The position numbers and the translations under genes were made by a program. Positions 1-10,376 of a DNA stretch of 64,000 bases are shown here, in pieces. A model generated the notes under the pieces. That model saw nothing but the letters and a program-made list of their open reading frames with translations. It was not told the origin of the DNA and did no database searches. Position 1 is the first letter of the stretch, and the number at the start of each line of letters is the position of its first letter. This DNA comes from a bacterium (GTDB lineage Bacteria > Zhuqueibacterota > Zhuqueibacteria > Oceanimicrobiales > Oceanimicrobiaceae). The stretch covers positions 59,185-123,184 of the forward strand of contig JBHHXN010000001.1 in assembly GCA_046757025.1 (NCBI GenBank). Reading direction: 5' to 3'.

Positions 1-1
1 G

Positions 2-997
2 GAAGATCAACTCATCACTCGCAATGAGCCCGACACCGGCGGCCAGGAGCAAGTCCTGACTCCGCTCAAAATTGACACCTCTATCATCATCACAGTGCAC
101 AACTTTGAGCAGGAAATCGCCGGCATCAACCAGACGCTGCTTGACGAGTTGGAGAAAAGCAACCAGGACATCGAGGTGATTTTTGTAGATGACGGCAGTT
201 TGGACAATACCTGGCAGGAGCTAAAAAAGCTGGCCAACGAGGACTGGCGCATCAAGCTCATTCGCCTGCGCACGTCGTTTGGCGAGTCTGCAGCATTTGA
301 TGCCGGTCTGAAGCAGGCGCAGGGCGAAAAAATCGTATTCTTTACCACCCGCGTTCGAATCAACCCGGCACAGGTTTCCAACTTGCTTCGGAAGTTAGAT
401 GAGGGTTATGACTTGGTGATGGGGTGGAGGCATCCGCGCCGCGATTCCAGCTTAAACAAGTTCATCTCGAAAGTGTTCAATTCCATCATTAAATGGATTT
501 CAAATATCACTCTTCACGACATCAATAGCGGCGTGTTTGTGGCGCGCAAATCGCTTTTGCAGGATATTCCATTGTACGGCAATTTAAATATCTTTCTGCC
601 CATTCTGGCGTCGCGAAAAGGATTCCGGGTCGGCGACGAAAAAATTGAGCAGATGCCTGGTAAATTTCGGCAATCAAAATATTTCTCAGAATACATTCAG
701 CGGCTGTTGGATATCGTGACGGTGATTTTCCTGACGCAATATTCCAAAAAACCGCTGCACTTTTTGGGCTTCTTCGGAATCATCTTTACCGTAATCGGAG
801 CCGGCATGAATTTGTATCTGTTTTTTTACCGCCTGTTTGAGTTCGGTCCCATCGCCGGCCGGCCCTTGTTGCTGCTGGGCGCCCTGCTGCTGGTGATCGG
901 CATTCAGATGATTTCCATCGGTTTGATCGCCGAAATGATCATCTTTACCCATGCAAAAAACATCAAAGAATACACTATTGAAGAAATATTAGAGTAG
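2..997 (+). CDS. GT2 glycosyltransferase, DPM1/ArnC-like polyprenyl-phosphate sugar synthase with C-terminal TM helices (5' partial; frame open to window edge)
   Basis: Translation has the GT2 N-terminal strand 'SIIITVHNFEQ', the DxD-like 'FVDDGS' and two C-terminal hydrophobic helices. The frame is open upstream of the GTG at 95 with no canonical start inside the window, so the true start is probably before position 1. Confidence 0.8.
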   Translation, partial: EDQLITRNEPDTGGQEQVLTPLKIDTSIIITVHNFEQEIAGINQTLLDELEKSNQDIEVIFVDDGSLDNTWQELKKLANEDWRIKLIRLRTSFGESAAFDAGLKQAQGEKIVFFTTRVRINPAQVSNLLRKLDEGYDLVMGWRHPRRDSSLNKFISKVFNSIIKWISNITLHDINSGVFVARKSLLQDIPLYGNLNIFLPILASRKGFRVGDEKIEQMPGKFRQSKYFSEYIQRLLDIVTVIFLTQYSKKPLHFLGFFGIIFTVIGAGMNLYLFFYRLFEFGPIAGRPLLLLGALLLVIGIQMISIGLIAEMIIFTHAKNIKEYTIEEILE

Positions 998-1005
998 TTG
1001 ACTAA

Positions 1006-1992
1006 GTGAAACTGATCATTCAAATTCCCTGCCTGAACGAAGAGCAGTCCCTGCCAAACACGGTGAAGGATTTACCGACCCGTATCGAAGGCGTCGATGA
1101 AATCGAAATCCTGATCATCGACGACGGCAGCCAGGACCGTACGGTGGAAGTGGCGCGGGAGCTGGGCATAAACCACATCGTGCGCCATACCAACAACAAA
1201 GGGCTGGCCGAAGCCTTTATGACCGGCATCGACGCCTGCCTGAAGCTCGGCGCCGATATCATTGTCAACACCGATGGCGATAATCAGTACCACGGCGACA
1301 GCATCGTTAAGCTGATCACGCCCATTTTAGAAAACAAAGCCGACATGGTGGTGGGCGACCGGCAAGTCAACGGCATACCGCATTTTTCGTTCCTGAAAAA
1401 ACGGCTGCAGTCTCTGGGAAGCTGGGTGGTTCAGCATGTGTCCGACACGAAAATTCCGGACACCACCAGCGGTTTCCGTGCCTTCAGCCGGGAGGCGGCG
1501 TTGCGCATGAACGTCATCTCCAAATTCACCTACACTTTGGAAACCATCATTCAGGCCGGTAAAAATAACATCGCCATCACGCACGTGCCAGTGGAAACCA
1601 ATCCCAAGCTGCGAGACTCGCGGCTGTTCCGCAGTATCCCAAACTACATCAAACGCTCCATCGCCACCATTTTTCGCATTTACACCATGTACGAACCGCT
1701 CAAAACCTTCGCCATGATCGGTTCGGTAGTGTTTGGCGCCGGTATGCTGCTGTCGCTGCGGTTCGTCTATTTCTATCTGGTAGGAGATGGCGGCGGGCAC
1801 ATCCAATCGTTGATCCTGTCGGCGGTGCTCATGCTCATCGGATTTCAGGTGGGCATGATCGGGCTGGTAGCGGACTTAATTCGCGGCAATCGGCGTTTGA
1901 TCGAAGATACGCAATATCGCGTGAAAAAAATGGAAATCGGATTTCTCTACAAACAGTCGGGTCAGGATGATGGCAAAACAGAACAAGATTAA
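1006..1992 (+). CDS. GT2 glycosyltransferase, DPM1/GtrB/ArnC-like polyprenyl-phosphate sugar synthase
   Basis: 'IIQIPCLNEE', 'IIDDGSQD' and 'DGDNQYH' motifs with C-terminal TM helices; second of a tandem pair. Confidence 0.85.
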   Translation: MKLIIQIPCLNEEQSLPNTVKDLPTRIEGVDEIEILIIDDGSQDRTVEVARELGINHIVRHTNNKGLAEAFMTGIDACLKLGADIIVNTDGDNQYHGDSIVKLITPILENKADMVVGDRQVNGIPHFSFLKKRLQSLGSWVVQHVSDTKIPDTTSGFRAFSREAALRMNVISKFTYTLETIIQAGKNNIAITHVPVETNPKLRDSRLFRSIPNYIKRSIATIFRIYTMYEPLKTFAMIGSVVFGAGMLLSLRFVYFYLVGDGGGHIQSLILSAVLMLIGFQVGMIGLVADLIRGNRRLIEDTQYRVKKMEIGFLYKQSGQDDGKTEQD

Positions 1993-3043
1993 AATTTGTT
2001 ACATTGCCGGCCGCGAAGAAAGTTACTCTCGAACAAGAACCATGATTTATGGATTACATAACGCAGGTTTTGAAGTCGTGACCTGCCTGCCTCCGGATAA
2101 GTCATTCAAAAATTACCCTCGGTTAATCTGGCAATTTCTACAAAAGAAAAAGGGTTGCGATCTCATCGTTGTCGGGTTTTACGGACAAATTTTAATGCCC
2201 TTTGTTTGGATGCTGACGCTAAAACCCATCTTGTACGACGTTTATATTTCGACTTTTGATACCATGATTCACGACCGCAGCCAGGGCGGGGCAGGCAGCA
2301 TCATGGCGAAAATATACTGGCTGTCTGACAAAATATCCATGATCCTGGCTGACAGAATCATTCTGGAAACAAAAGATCACATTCGAGATTATGCCCGCAA
2401 ATTCGGCGTGCCCGAAAAAAAATTCTATCACATTTTTCTGGCGACCGATGAAAGACTCATTTGTCCACGTGAATCCGCGTCGGAGAACGGCAAATTTTTG
2501 GTGCACTTCCACGGCGAGTATGCGCCGTTTCACGGTGTGCAATATATTTTGAAAGCGGCGGCGCTTTTAAAAGATGAAGGTGTGGAATTTCAGATCATCG
2601 GCCGCGGCATCACTTATGAAAAAGACAGGAAACTGGCCGATGAATTAGATTTGCAGAATTGTACTTTCATCGATTGGGTTCCGTATGAGCAATTGGCAGA
2701 TTACATGTCACGTGCAAATTGCTGCCTGGGCTTTTTCGGCGACAATCCCCGCACCTTACGCGTGTTCACCAACAAAGTGGTGGAAGCTCTGGCCGTGGCC
2801 CGACCGTTGATTTCCACCAAAAACGCCCCGGTGCAGGAGCTGCTGACCGACGGCGAAAGCGCGTTGTTGGTGGAGCGGGCCAATCCCGAAGCCATCGCCG
2901 ACGCCATCTGCAAGCTTAAAGAAGACCGCGAGCTACGCAAGCGCGTTGCAGATAGAGGACATGAGCTTTTTTTACAGAACTGTACCTTAGAGGTTTTTTC
3001 ACAAAAAATTAAAACCATTGTTGAGGAGATGCTGAATTCATGA
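1967..3043 (+). CDS. GT4 (group 1) glycosyltransferase
   Basis: GT-B C-terminal domain with E-x7-E-like region; 26-nt overlap with the upstream gene. Confidence 0.75.
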   Translation: MMAKQNKIKICYIAGREESYSRTRTMIYGLHNAGFEVVTCLPPDKSFKNYPRLIWQFLQKKKGCDLIVVGFYGQILMPFVWMLTLKPILYDVYISTFDTMIHDRSQGGAGSIMAKIYWLSDKISMILADRIILETKDHIRDYARKFGVPEKKFYHIFLATDERLICPRESASENGKFLVHFHGEYAPFHGVQYILKAAALLKDEGVEFQIIGRGITYEKDRKLADELDLQNCTFIDWVPYEQLADYMSRANCCLGFFGDNPRTLRVFTNKVVEALAVARPLISTKNAPVQELLTDGESALLVERANPEAIADAICKLKEDRELRKRVADRGHELFLQNCTLEVFSQKIKTIVEEMLNS

Positions 3044-4068
3044 ATTCTGATTTCGATTATTCCAGGCTGCAGGGTAAAAAGGCGCTGATAACCGGCGGAC
3101 TGGGTTTTATCGGCAGCAACATCGCTCACCGCTGTGTCGAGCTGGGTGCTCGCGTCACCATTCTGGATGCGTGCCTCGAACCGTACGGCTGGAACTTCAC
3201 CAACATCGAAGAGATTCGCAAAGATGTGGAATTCGTCAAAGGCGATGTTCGCAACCGAAATTTGTTGTTTGAATTGGTGGAGGACAAAGACCTGGTCTTT
3301 CACATGGCCGCGCAGGTAGGACGCGAAATTTCCCTCGAGAGTCCGGAGCTGGACGTGGAAATCAACTGCACCGGCACCATCAATCTGCTGGAAGCATGCC
3401 GAAAAAATCGCCACGGAGTGAAAGTGATTTTTGCAGGGTCACGCGGGCAAATCGGCGAGCCGATTTATTTCCCGGTTGATGAAGATCACCCGCAGAACCC
3501 TACCGATGTTTACGGCATCAATAAAGTCGCCGGGGAGCAGTATCTGTTTCTGTACAGCAAGATCTACTCGTTTCCGGCGGTTTCCCTGCGCTTGAACAAC
3601 GTTTACGGACCGCGCTGCCAGATGCACGCCGGCTTTTACGGTATTCTCAACTGGTTTATGGCCAATGCCATGACCGGTAAAACCATCACGGTTTACGGCG
3701 AAGGCCAGCAAACCCGTGATTACATCTACGTGGATGACGTGGTGGACGCTTTCGTTCGAGTGGCTATTTCGGATAAAACCAACGGCGAGGTCTATTTTGT
3801 GGGCTCCGGCGTGGAAACCGTCTTTCTCGACATGGTCAACGAAGTCATTCGGGCCGTGGGAAAAGGGGAAAAAGTACACATCCCGTTTCCGGAGCTGCGC
3901 GATAAAATCGACATCAAACGCTTTGTGGTCACGTATGAAAAGATTCACGACACCGTGGGCTGGCAGCCGCAGTTCGATTTGCGGCGCGGAGTGGAACAAA
4001 CCGCACAATATTATCAGAAGCGGTTAAAAGACTATTTGAACCGGCAGTCGGAGAGTGGACATGTCTGA
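3040..4068 (+). CDS. NAD-dependent sugar epimerase/dehydratase (extended SDR)
   Basis: Rossmann motif 'TGGLGFIGSNI' and catalytic 'YGINK'; ATGA overlap with the upstream gene. Confidence 0.85.
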   Translation: MNSDFDYSRLQGKKALITGGLGFIGSNIAHRCVELGARVTILDACLEPYGWNFTNIEEIRKDVEFVKGDVRNRNLLFELVEDKDLVFHMAAQVGREISLESPELDVEINCTGTINLLEACRKNRHGVKVIFAGSRGQIGEPIYFPVDEDHPQNPTDVYGINKVAGEQYLFLYSKIYSFPAVSLRLNNVYGPRCQMHAGFYGILNWFMANAMTGKTITVYGEGQQTRDYIYVDDVVDAFVRVAISDKTNGEVYFVGSGVETVFLDMVNEVIRAVGKGEKVHIPFPELRDKIDIKRFVVTYEKIHDTVGWQPQFDLRRGVEQTAQYYQKRLKDYLNRQSESGHV

Positions 4069-5047
4069 ATTGGACTCAATGACTCTTTCTTCAAAAAAGA
4101 AAAACGTGCACGAACAAGCTGCCATTGATCTGTCCATCATCATTCCGAGCTTTAATTCAAAAAAGACCATCCGCCATACCCTGAAAGCGCTGTGCGAGCA
4201 AACCACGCAATTCGAATATGAGATCATCGTGGTGGACAGCTCAAACGACGGTTCTGAGAAAATCATTGAACGCGAGTTTCCTCAGGTCAAATTGATCAGG
4301 CTGCGCAAGCAGACCTATCCCGGCACCGGCCGCAATCTGGGCGTTCGAAATGCGCGCGGTCGTTTTGTGGCGTTCACTGACGCCGATTGTTTGCCGGACA
4401 CCGATTGGGTGGAACGAATTATTCAGACTTTTTCTGAAAGGCAAACCGAGGCCGTTGGCGGCTGCTTGATCAATGGCTATCGCTGGAGTCTCACCGCCTG
4501 GGTTGGGCATTTGATCGAATTTAATGAATGGACTGAAACCACGCCGGCGGGGTTTGTGACCAACATTCCCAGCGCTAATCTCGCTTACCAGCGGCAGGCT
4601 TTCACCAAATACGACGAGTACTTTCCCGACTATCTGGGCTCGGAAGATACCATTCTAAATTGGCAAATGCAAAAGAAGGGCGCCCGGCTTTATTTCGATC
4701 CCAAAATCCGGTTGGTGCATCTGAACCGCTCGGCTCTGGGTAAACTGTTCAAACACCAGTACATGCTGGGCCGGTGGTCTGCAGAAGCCCGACGGCAGTT
4801 CGACCTGCCGGGCAATTTTTTGGTAAAACACCGTTTACTGGTTTTTCTGCTGCCATTTATCCGCTGGCTGCGAGCGTTTTTGCGCCTGGCAAGTAAAGAC
4901 CTGCCAAAGCTCCTAATTTTTGTACTGGTCACCCCGCTGTATATTCCCGCGGCTTATGCCTGGAGCGTGGGATTTGTTTCTAAAAGAAAACTGACCTATT
5001 CGAAAACGGTTAATCAAGCTGTTACGATATTAGAAGAAAATGAATGA
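4055..5047 (+). CDS. GT2 family glycosyltransferase
   Basis: 'SIIIPSFNS', 'IIVVDSSNDGS' and 'FTDADC' (DxD) motifs. Confidence 0.8.
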   Translation: MDMSELDSMTLSSKKKNVHEQAAIDLSIIIPSFNSKKTIRHTLKALCEQTTQFEYEIIVVDSSNDGSEKIIEREFPQVKLIRLRKQTYPGTGRNLGVRNARGRFVAFTDADCLPDTDWVERIIQTFSERQTEAVGGCLINGYRWSLTAWVGHLIEFNEWTETTPAGFVTNIPSANLAYQRQAFTKYDEYFPDYLGSEDTILNWQMQKKGARLYFDPKIRLVHLNRSALGKLFKHQYMLGRWSAEARRQFDLPGNFLVKHRLLVFLLPFIRWLRAFLRLASKDLPKLLIFVLVTPLYIPAAYAWSVGFVSKRKLTYSKTVNQAVTILEENE

Positions 5048-5070
5048 TATACAGGGAGAATGTGTAAACC

Positions 5071-7200
5071 ATGGCTAAAAAAGTTTTGATCACCGGAGGA
5101 TCGGGATTTTTAGGGAGGCATATCGTAGAAAGGTTGCTGGCGGAGGGCTACAAAATCACGGCCCTCGCCCGGCGTTCGAATGTCGCCCGGCATTTGCAAG
5201 ACCCCGCTATCGATCTGGTCATCGGGGACATTCGCGATCCGGCGTGCGTGGAGCGCGCGGTTCAGGGCGTGGATTTTATCGTGCACGCGGCAGCCACCAT
5301 GCGAGGCGCCTGGGAAGACTTTTTGAAAACCAACGTCCAGGCTACCGAGACGCTCATTCGCTCCGCCATCCAGAACAAAGTCAAGCGATTTATTTACATC
5401 AGCTCGGTGAGCGTCTATCCGCACGCTTCCATGCAAAACGGTACCGCCTTTCAGGAAGAATCGCCGTACGAGCAGGAAGAGCACACGAACTTCTATTCAA
5501 AATCAAAAATCGAGGCGGAAAAGGTGGTTTTGAAATACGTGCGGGAATCCAACCTACCGGCGGTAATTTTACGCCCTGGCGCTATTTACGGGCCGGCCGG
5601 CAATATTTTCCCGGCGACCCTGGGTCTGGGAATGGGAGAAAGCCGACTGCTGGTCATCGGCGACGCCGACACCCATCTTCCGCTCAGTTATGTGGAAAAT
5701 GTCGTGGACGCCATCGTGCGATCCTTTAAAGCCAAAAACGCCCTGGGCGAATGTTTCAATCTGGTGGAGGATCGTTCGTTGACCCGCAATGAATACGTTC
5801 AAGCTATTCGAACAAAAGCCAATCCCCGACTCAGAGTGTTGCGTTTTCCTCTCTGGTTCATGAACGGTTTGAAATTCGCCCTTAAAACGGCATTTCGATT
5901 GCTTGGCAAAAAAGCGCCTCTGAGTGCGTTGAATTTGAAGCTGTATTGTTCGTCGGTCAAATATTCAAACGAAAAATACAAGCAGGTTTTTGGCGGCACG
6001 CCTTTTGTGGATTTTGACGACAGCATCGTGAAAACCATGCAGTGGTACCGAAAATCGCGCACACCCAAACGAGCGACCGGTTTCGAAAACGGCAAAGTGG
6101 TGGTGCCTGCCACAAAAAAATTGAACGTGGGCGTGGTGGGCTGCGGCAACATCGCCAACGTCCACCTGATGTTTTTAAAGAAATTTGAAAACGTCGGCAA
6201 TATCACCGTGGCCGATCCGAAGGAAGCTGCGCTCAAAAACACCAGTAAAAAATTCAAGATTTCCAGAACCTACCACAGTTACCGAGAGATGTTTCAGCAG
6301 GAGCAGCTCGATGTGGTGCACATTCTGACGCCGCCGCAATTCCATGCCGAAATTGCCGCAGAGGCCGCCAAACAAGGGCTGCACATTCTGGTGGAAAAAC
6401 CCATGGCGCTGGACGCCAGTCAGGCAGAGGGGATGGCGCTGGCGGCCCGTGAAAATCAGGTGAAACTGTGCGTGGTGCACAACCATCTTTTCGATAAGGT
6501 GATGATCAAGGCGCGGGAAATTCTGGCTCAGGACTTACTGGGGAGAATCACTTACATAGAAAGCTGGTATGGCACCCAGTACGGCGCCTTTGCACCGCCG
6601 TTCGATCCGGAAAAATACTGGGGCTACGGTTTGCCGGGCGGTTTGTATCAGGATTATCTTCCGCATGCGCTTTACGTGCTGCTGGACGTGCTCGGCGAAG
6701 CCCGGGTGAAGCAGGTCCTGGCCAATTACGTGGGCGGCGTGCCCGGAGTGGAAACCGATGAACTCAAGGTGCTTTTTGAGCGTGAGGGCAAAATCGGCCT
6801 GCTGAATCTGTCTCTGTCTTCAGCCCCGCGCTATCAGTTCATGAATATTTACGGCACCCAGGCTACGTTGAAAATCGACTTTTTAAACAAAGTGACTTTT
6901 CTGGACAAAGAAATTGCCGGCGTTCCCAAAACCTTCAATCGCGCCATCTCCGCGTGGAAACGAGGGCGCTTGCTGGCGGGTGCGGCATTTAAAAACACAT
7001 TTAAAATGGCCAGGGTGCAGCAAAACCTGTTCGAAGGTACCGATAAAATTATTCGCCTGTTCTACCGCAGTATCCTGCTCGGCGAGCCCGGACCCGTGTC
7101 CGCTCAGGAAGGACTGCAAGTCATGAACATCATGGACGAGATCTGGTCGAAGATGAAAACAGAAAAAGTCGAATCAGAAGATTTGCAAACGGTGTCATAA
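5071..7200 (+). CDS. Bifunctional fusion: N-terminal SDR epimerase/dehydratase domain plus C-terminal Gfo/Idh/MocA oxidoreductase domain
   Basis: N-terminus has 'ITGGSGFLGRHI' and 'YSKSK' (SDR). C-terminus has 'VGVVGCGNIANVH' and the family hallmark 'EKPMALD' (Gfo/Idh/MocA). Confidence 0.75.
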   Translation: MAKKVLITGGSGFLGRHIVERLLAEGYKITALARRSNVARHLQDPAIDLVIGDIRDPACVERAVQGVDFIVHAAATMRGAWEDFLKTNVQATETLIRSAIQNKVKRFIYISSVSVYPHASMQNGTAFQEESPYEQEEHTNFYSKSKIEAEKVVLKYVRESNLPAVILRPGAIYGPAGNIFPATLGLGMGESRLLVIGDADTHLPLSYVENVVDAIVRSFKAKNALGECFNLVEDRSLTRNEYVQAIRTKANPRLRVLRFPLWFMNGLKFALKTAFRLLGKKAPLSALNLKLYCSSVKYSNEKYKQVFGGTPFVDFDDSIVKTMQWYRKSRTPKRATGFENGKVVVPATKKLNVGVVGCGNIANVHLMFLKKFENVGNITVADPKEAALKNTSKKFKISRTYHSYREMFQQEQLDVVHILTPPQFHAEIAAEAAKQGLHILVEKPMALDASQAEGMALAARENQVKLCVVHNHLFDKVMIKAREILAQDLLGRITYIESWYGTQYGAFAPPFDPEKYWGYGLPGGLYQDYLPHALYVLLDVLGEARVKQVLANYVGGVPGVETDELKVLFEREGKIGLLNLSLSSAPRYQFMNIYGTQATLKIDFLNKVTFLDKEIAGVPKTFNRAISAWKRGRLLAGAAFKNTFKMARVQQNLFEGTDKIIRLFYRSILLGEPGPVSAQEGLQVMNIMDEIWSKMKTEKVESEDLQTVS

Positions 7201-7204
7201 GCGG

Positions 7205-8626
7205 ATGATTTCTCGAGCCACACTGCTGTTGATGACCGGACAAGTCGTTTTTCTTTTCTCTGGCTTTTTGATCAATTCCGGCCTGGCCCGCATCCTGAAG
7301 CCCGTGGATTACGGTACGTTTGGGCTGGTGATGTCCATCCTGGTCATCGTGGAATTGTTCGTAATCACCGGCATTCCGGAGGCCATTCAAAAGTACGGCG
7401 GTGAGCGCCCACAAGCCATGGCGAAGTTGATTTCCAAAACCCTGCCCTGGCAAATGGTGTATGCCTTCTGCCTGTTTGGCGTGTTCTGGCTGGCGGCACC
7501 GGTTTTGGCCCGAACCTTCGGGCATTCTGAGCTAACCTTTTTCTTGCGCATTGCGAGCGTGGATATCGTCATCTACGGTTTGTACAAGTACTATTTGGGC
7601 GTGCAGAACGGTCTGCATCGCTTTGTGCAGTACACTATTCTGGGGATCATTTATTCGCTTTCCAAACTGGCGGCTATTTTCGGACTGGTCTGGCTGGGGT
7701 TTTCCATAGCTGGCGCGCTGGTGGGAAACATGCTGGGCTCGCTTATGGCTTTGGTCCTGGCGTTGTTTTTTTCGCGGGTAAAAAAAACCGATGCCGGGCT
7801 GGAGGATATTCCACTCGTGGCTTTTGTAGCGCAAAATGTTCTGTATTTCGTCGGCTTAAATCTGTTTTTTTCATTGGACCTCTGGTTTGTAAAATATTAT
7901 CTTCCGGGCAAAAGCGTCGGTTTGTATGTCTCCGCTGGCGTTCTGGCCAAGTTGACTTATTTGATTTCGGTGGCGTTGTCGGCGGTTCTGCTGCCATCCA
8001 TTGCCCGTTCCATCAAAATTAAAGACGACAAACGTACGCGCGAGCTCATTCAGGATTCGCTGCGCTATCTGGTGATCTTTCTGGTGCTGGTCAACATCGT
8101 GATCACCACCAATTCGGCCGGCATCGTTCAGCTATTTTTTGGCGCCGAATACCTCGACGCGGCGCCGATTTTGAGTATTTTAGCGGTGGCGCTGTCCCTG
8201 CTAACCCTGATGGCGGTGATCAACACCATGATGATCGCCAACGAGCAGATGCGCGCCAGCCTGGTGATGATTCTGTCGCTGATCGCGCTGGACGCGGTTT
8301 TGAATCGCATCCTGGTGCCGCGCTTCGGGCTGCAGGGTGCGGCTTTGGCCACTTCGGCGGTTGGAGTGCTGGGCGCCATTTGGGGCGGTCTGTACGTTTT
8401 CGATGAATTCAAAACCGTACTATTTTCGAAATCGGGTTTGCGGCTGACCGGCATCACTTTGCTGATTTTAGTACTATCAAAATGGCTCGTCCCGGTCGGC
8501 ATCGATTTCTTCATCAAAACCGGGTTGACCGGTGGCGTTTATCTTGCGCTTTTGTGGCTCACGAAAGAAATTAACCCTGTTGACCTGCGCCGTTTGAAAG
8601 AATCCATTGGCCTGTCAAAAACCTGA
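7205..8626 (+). CDS. Polysaccharide flippase (MOP superfamily, Wzx-like)
   Basis: About 12 predicted TM helices, polysaccharide-biosynthesis-protein-like N-terminus, 473 aa. Confidence 0.65.
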   Translation: MISRATLLLMTGQVVFLFSGFLINSGLARILKPVDYGTFGLVMSILVIVELFVITGIPEAIQKYGGERPQAMAKLISKTLPWQMVYAFCLFGVFWLAAPVLARTFGHSELTFFLRIASVDIVIYGLYKYYLGVQNGLHRFVQYTILGIIYSLSKLAAIFGLVWLGFSIAGALVGNMLGSLMALVLALFFSRVKKTDAGLEDIPLVAFVAQNVLYFVGLNLFFSLDLWFVKYYLPGKSVGLYVSAGVLAKLTYLISVALSAVLLPSIARSIKIKDDKRTRELIQDSLRYLVIFLVLVNIVITTNSAGIVQLFFGAEYLDAAPILSILAVALSLLTLMAVINTMMIANEQMRASLVMILSLIALDAVLNRILVPRFGLQGAALATSAVGVLGAIWGGLYVFDEFKTVLFSKSGLRLTGITLLILVLSKWLVPVGIDFFIKTGLTGGVYLALLWLTKEINPVDLRRLKESIGLSKT

Positions 8627-8634
8627 TTTCTGGG

Positions 8635-10332
8635 ATGCTGGAAAATCAATCAAAAACCAAATTAAAAAATCGTTTAATCGTTATCTGGCTGCTGGGTTGT
8701 CTGGCCGTCGGCGGTTTTTTGCGCTTATACAATTTAGGTGGTCCCAGCGTCTGGGTGGACGAACTGAACCACTTTTACGCCGGCAAATCACTGCTGGAAA
8801 ACGGCACGCCGGCGCTGCCTTCCGGCGAGCTCTACAGCCGGGCTTTGCTCTATTCAAAAATGGTGGCTTATTCATTTAAGCTGTTCGAGATCAATGAATT
8901 CAGTTTACGGCTGCCCAGTGCACTTTTCGGTCTGTTGTGCATCCTGCTGGTTTACTTCGTCGCCCGCCGGTTTTTTGGCACCACGCCGGCGCTGTTGTCG
9001 GCGTTGTTCACGGCGATTTCACCCTTTGCCATCGGCTGGTCGCGCATCTCGCGCATGTACACCTTATTTCAGTTTCTTTTTGTCCTGGCACTGGTCTCGT
9101 TTTATCTGGGTTTCGAAGCGAAAAACAGCCAGGCATTTGCACGATGGCAGGAAACACTGCTGAACCAAATTCGGTTGAGTAAACTCCGATCCTTCCTGGT
9201 GAACTGGCGGCTCAATCTTTTCTGGCTGCTTTTGTCCTTCATGCTTTTGTTGATTTCCTATTTCGTACATCAGCTCACCGCGTTATTTTTTGCGGGACTG
9301 GTTTTTTACTGCGTCATTCAGTTTTTGCAGTTCTGGCGCGAACACGGCTTGAAAGCGGCGGTAAAAACCAAATACTTTCTGGTGATGACGGGATTTGCAT
9401 TCGCCATGCTTGCCGCCGTTCTGGTCATTCCGGATTTCATTTCCTTTCTGAATTACGCGTTACTGTATTTACCGAAGTGGGCGAACATGCCGAAATTCCA
9501 GGATCGTAAACTGTTCCTTGATTTTATCTTTGACGAACACAACTTTCCCATGGGTGTGCTTTTTATCATCGGCGCTTACCAGATTTTCAGCCGCCGGCAT
9601 GGTTTTGGGATGTACTCCCTGTCTGTTTTTATTTCTTGTTTATTTTTATTCACATTTGTTTTTTCTTATCGTCATTTGCAGTATATTTACAGTGTGTACC
9701 CGATTCTGATCATGACCAGCGCCTTTGCCTTTTCCAACATCATCAAATTGGAATTGCCCGGGATCAAAGCACGTTGGTTCCCAAAATCGCGGTGGCAGAT
9801 GGTCGCCATCAAAGGCTTGGTGGTGGGATTGTTTCTGGCTTGGTTACCCCTGACGCCGGCGCTGCGTTTGACGAAAAGCATTCCCTTCAACGACGCCGGC
9901 GGCTTCAACGGCGCCATCTATTTGACCGAGCTGCGGCAGGCTTGTGACTTTGTACAGCAGCGCATGCAGGAGGAGGATGTGTTGATTTCTCCCAACGCGC
10001 TGGGAACACAGTTTTACCTGGGCAGGGTAGATTACGATTTAAACTTCGCCGATCTGGATCTGGCAAAGGAAAAAGCGCTGCTCAACGAACAGGACGAATA
10101 TTTCGATTTGTACACCGGCAAACCGTTTGTAGAGAGTGTGGCGCAACTGCAAGCGCTCATGGAAAAGGAGCAACGCATCTGGATTATTTCAGAAAGCTAC
10201 AAATTTTACCGGGCCTCGGTTTATCTGCCGGTGCCGCTGCGGAAATTTGTGCTTGCGCATTTTCAAAAAGCGCTGACCACCAAAGATGGTACCATGGTGG
10301 TTTTTAAATATGAAAAAGAAAGGCTTGATTAA
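8635..10332 (+). CDS. GT-C fold membrane glycosyltransferase (ArnT/PMT-like, GT39/GT83-like)
   Basis: N-terminal TM followed by the loop motif 'LGGPSVWVDELNHFYAGKSL' (DE motif), then a multi-TM N-terminal half and a soluble C-terminal domain. Confidence 0.65.
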   Translation: MLENQSKTKLKNRLIVIWLLGCLAVGGFLRLYNLGGPSVWVDELNHFYAGKSLLENGTPALPSGELYSRALLYSKMVAYSFKLFEINEFSLRLPSALFGLLCILLVYFVARRFFGTTPALLSALFTAISPFAIGWSRISRMYTLFQFLFVLALVSFYLGFEAKNSQAFARWQETLLNQIRLSKLRSFLVNWRLNLFWLLLSFMLLLISYFVHQLTALFFAGLVFYCVIQFLQFWREHGLKAAVKTKYFLVMTGFAFAMLAAVLVIPDFISFLNYALLYLPKWANMPKFQDRKLFLDFIFDEHNFPMGVLFIIGAYQIFSRRHGFGMYSLSVFISCLFLFTFVFSYRHLQYIYSVYPILIMTSAFAFSNIIKLELPGIKARWFPKSRWQMVAIKGLVVGLFLAWLPLTPALRLTKSIPFNDAGGFNGAIYLTELRQACDFVQQRMQEEDVLISPNALGTQFYLGRVDYDLNFADLDLAKEKALLNEQDEYFDLYTGKPFVESVAQLQALMEKEQRIWIISESYKFYRASVYLPVPLRKFVLAHFQKALTTKDGTMVVFKYEKERLD

Positions 10333-10376
10333 TTCAAAATAGAAATAAATTTGATTACAGGTATCTAAAAGGGCTT

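Noticed and set aside
8607..8879. Short plus-strand ORFs overlapping real genes in other frames (8607-8879, 5244-5729, 11762-12124, 51236-51823)
   Set aside because: Out-of-frame overlaps with strongly supported genes, arginine/proline-rich low-complexity translations, and no homology features.
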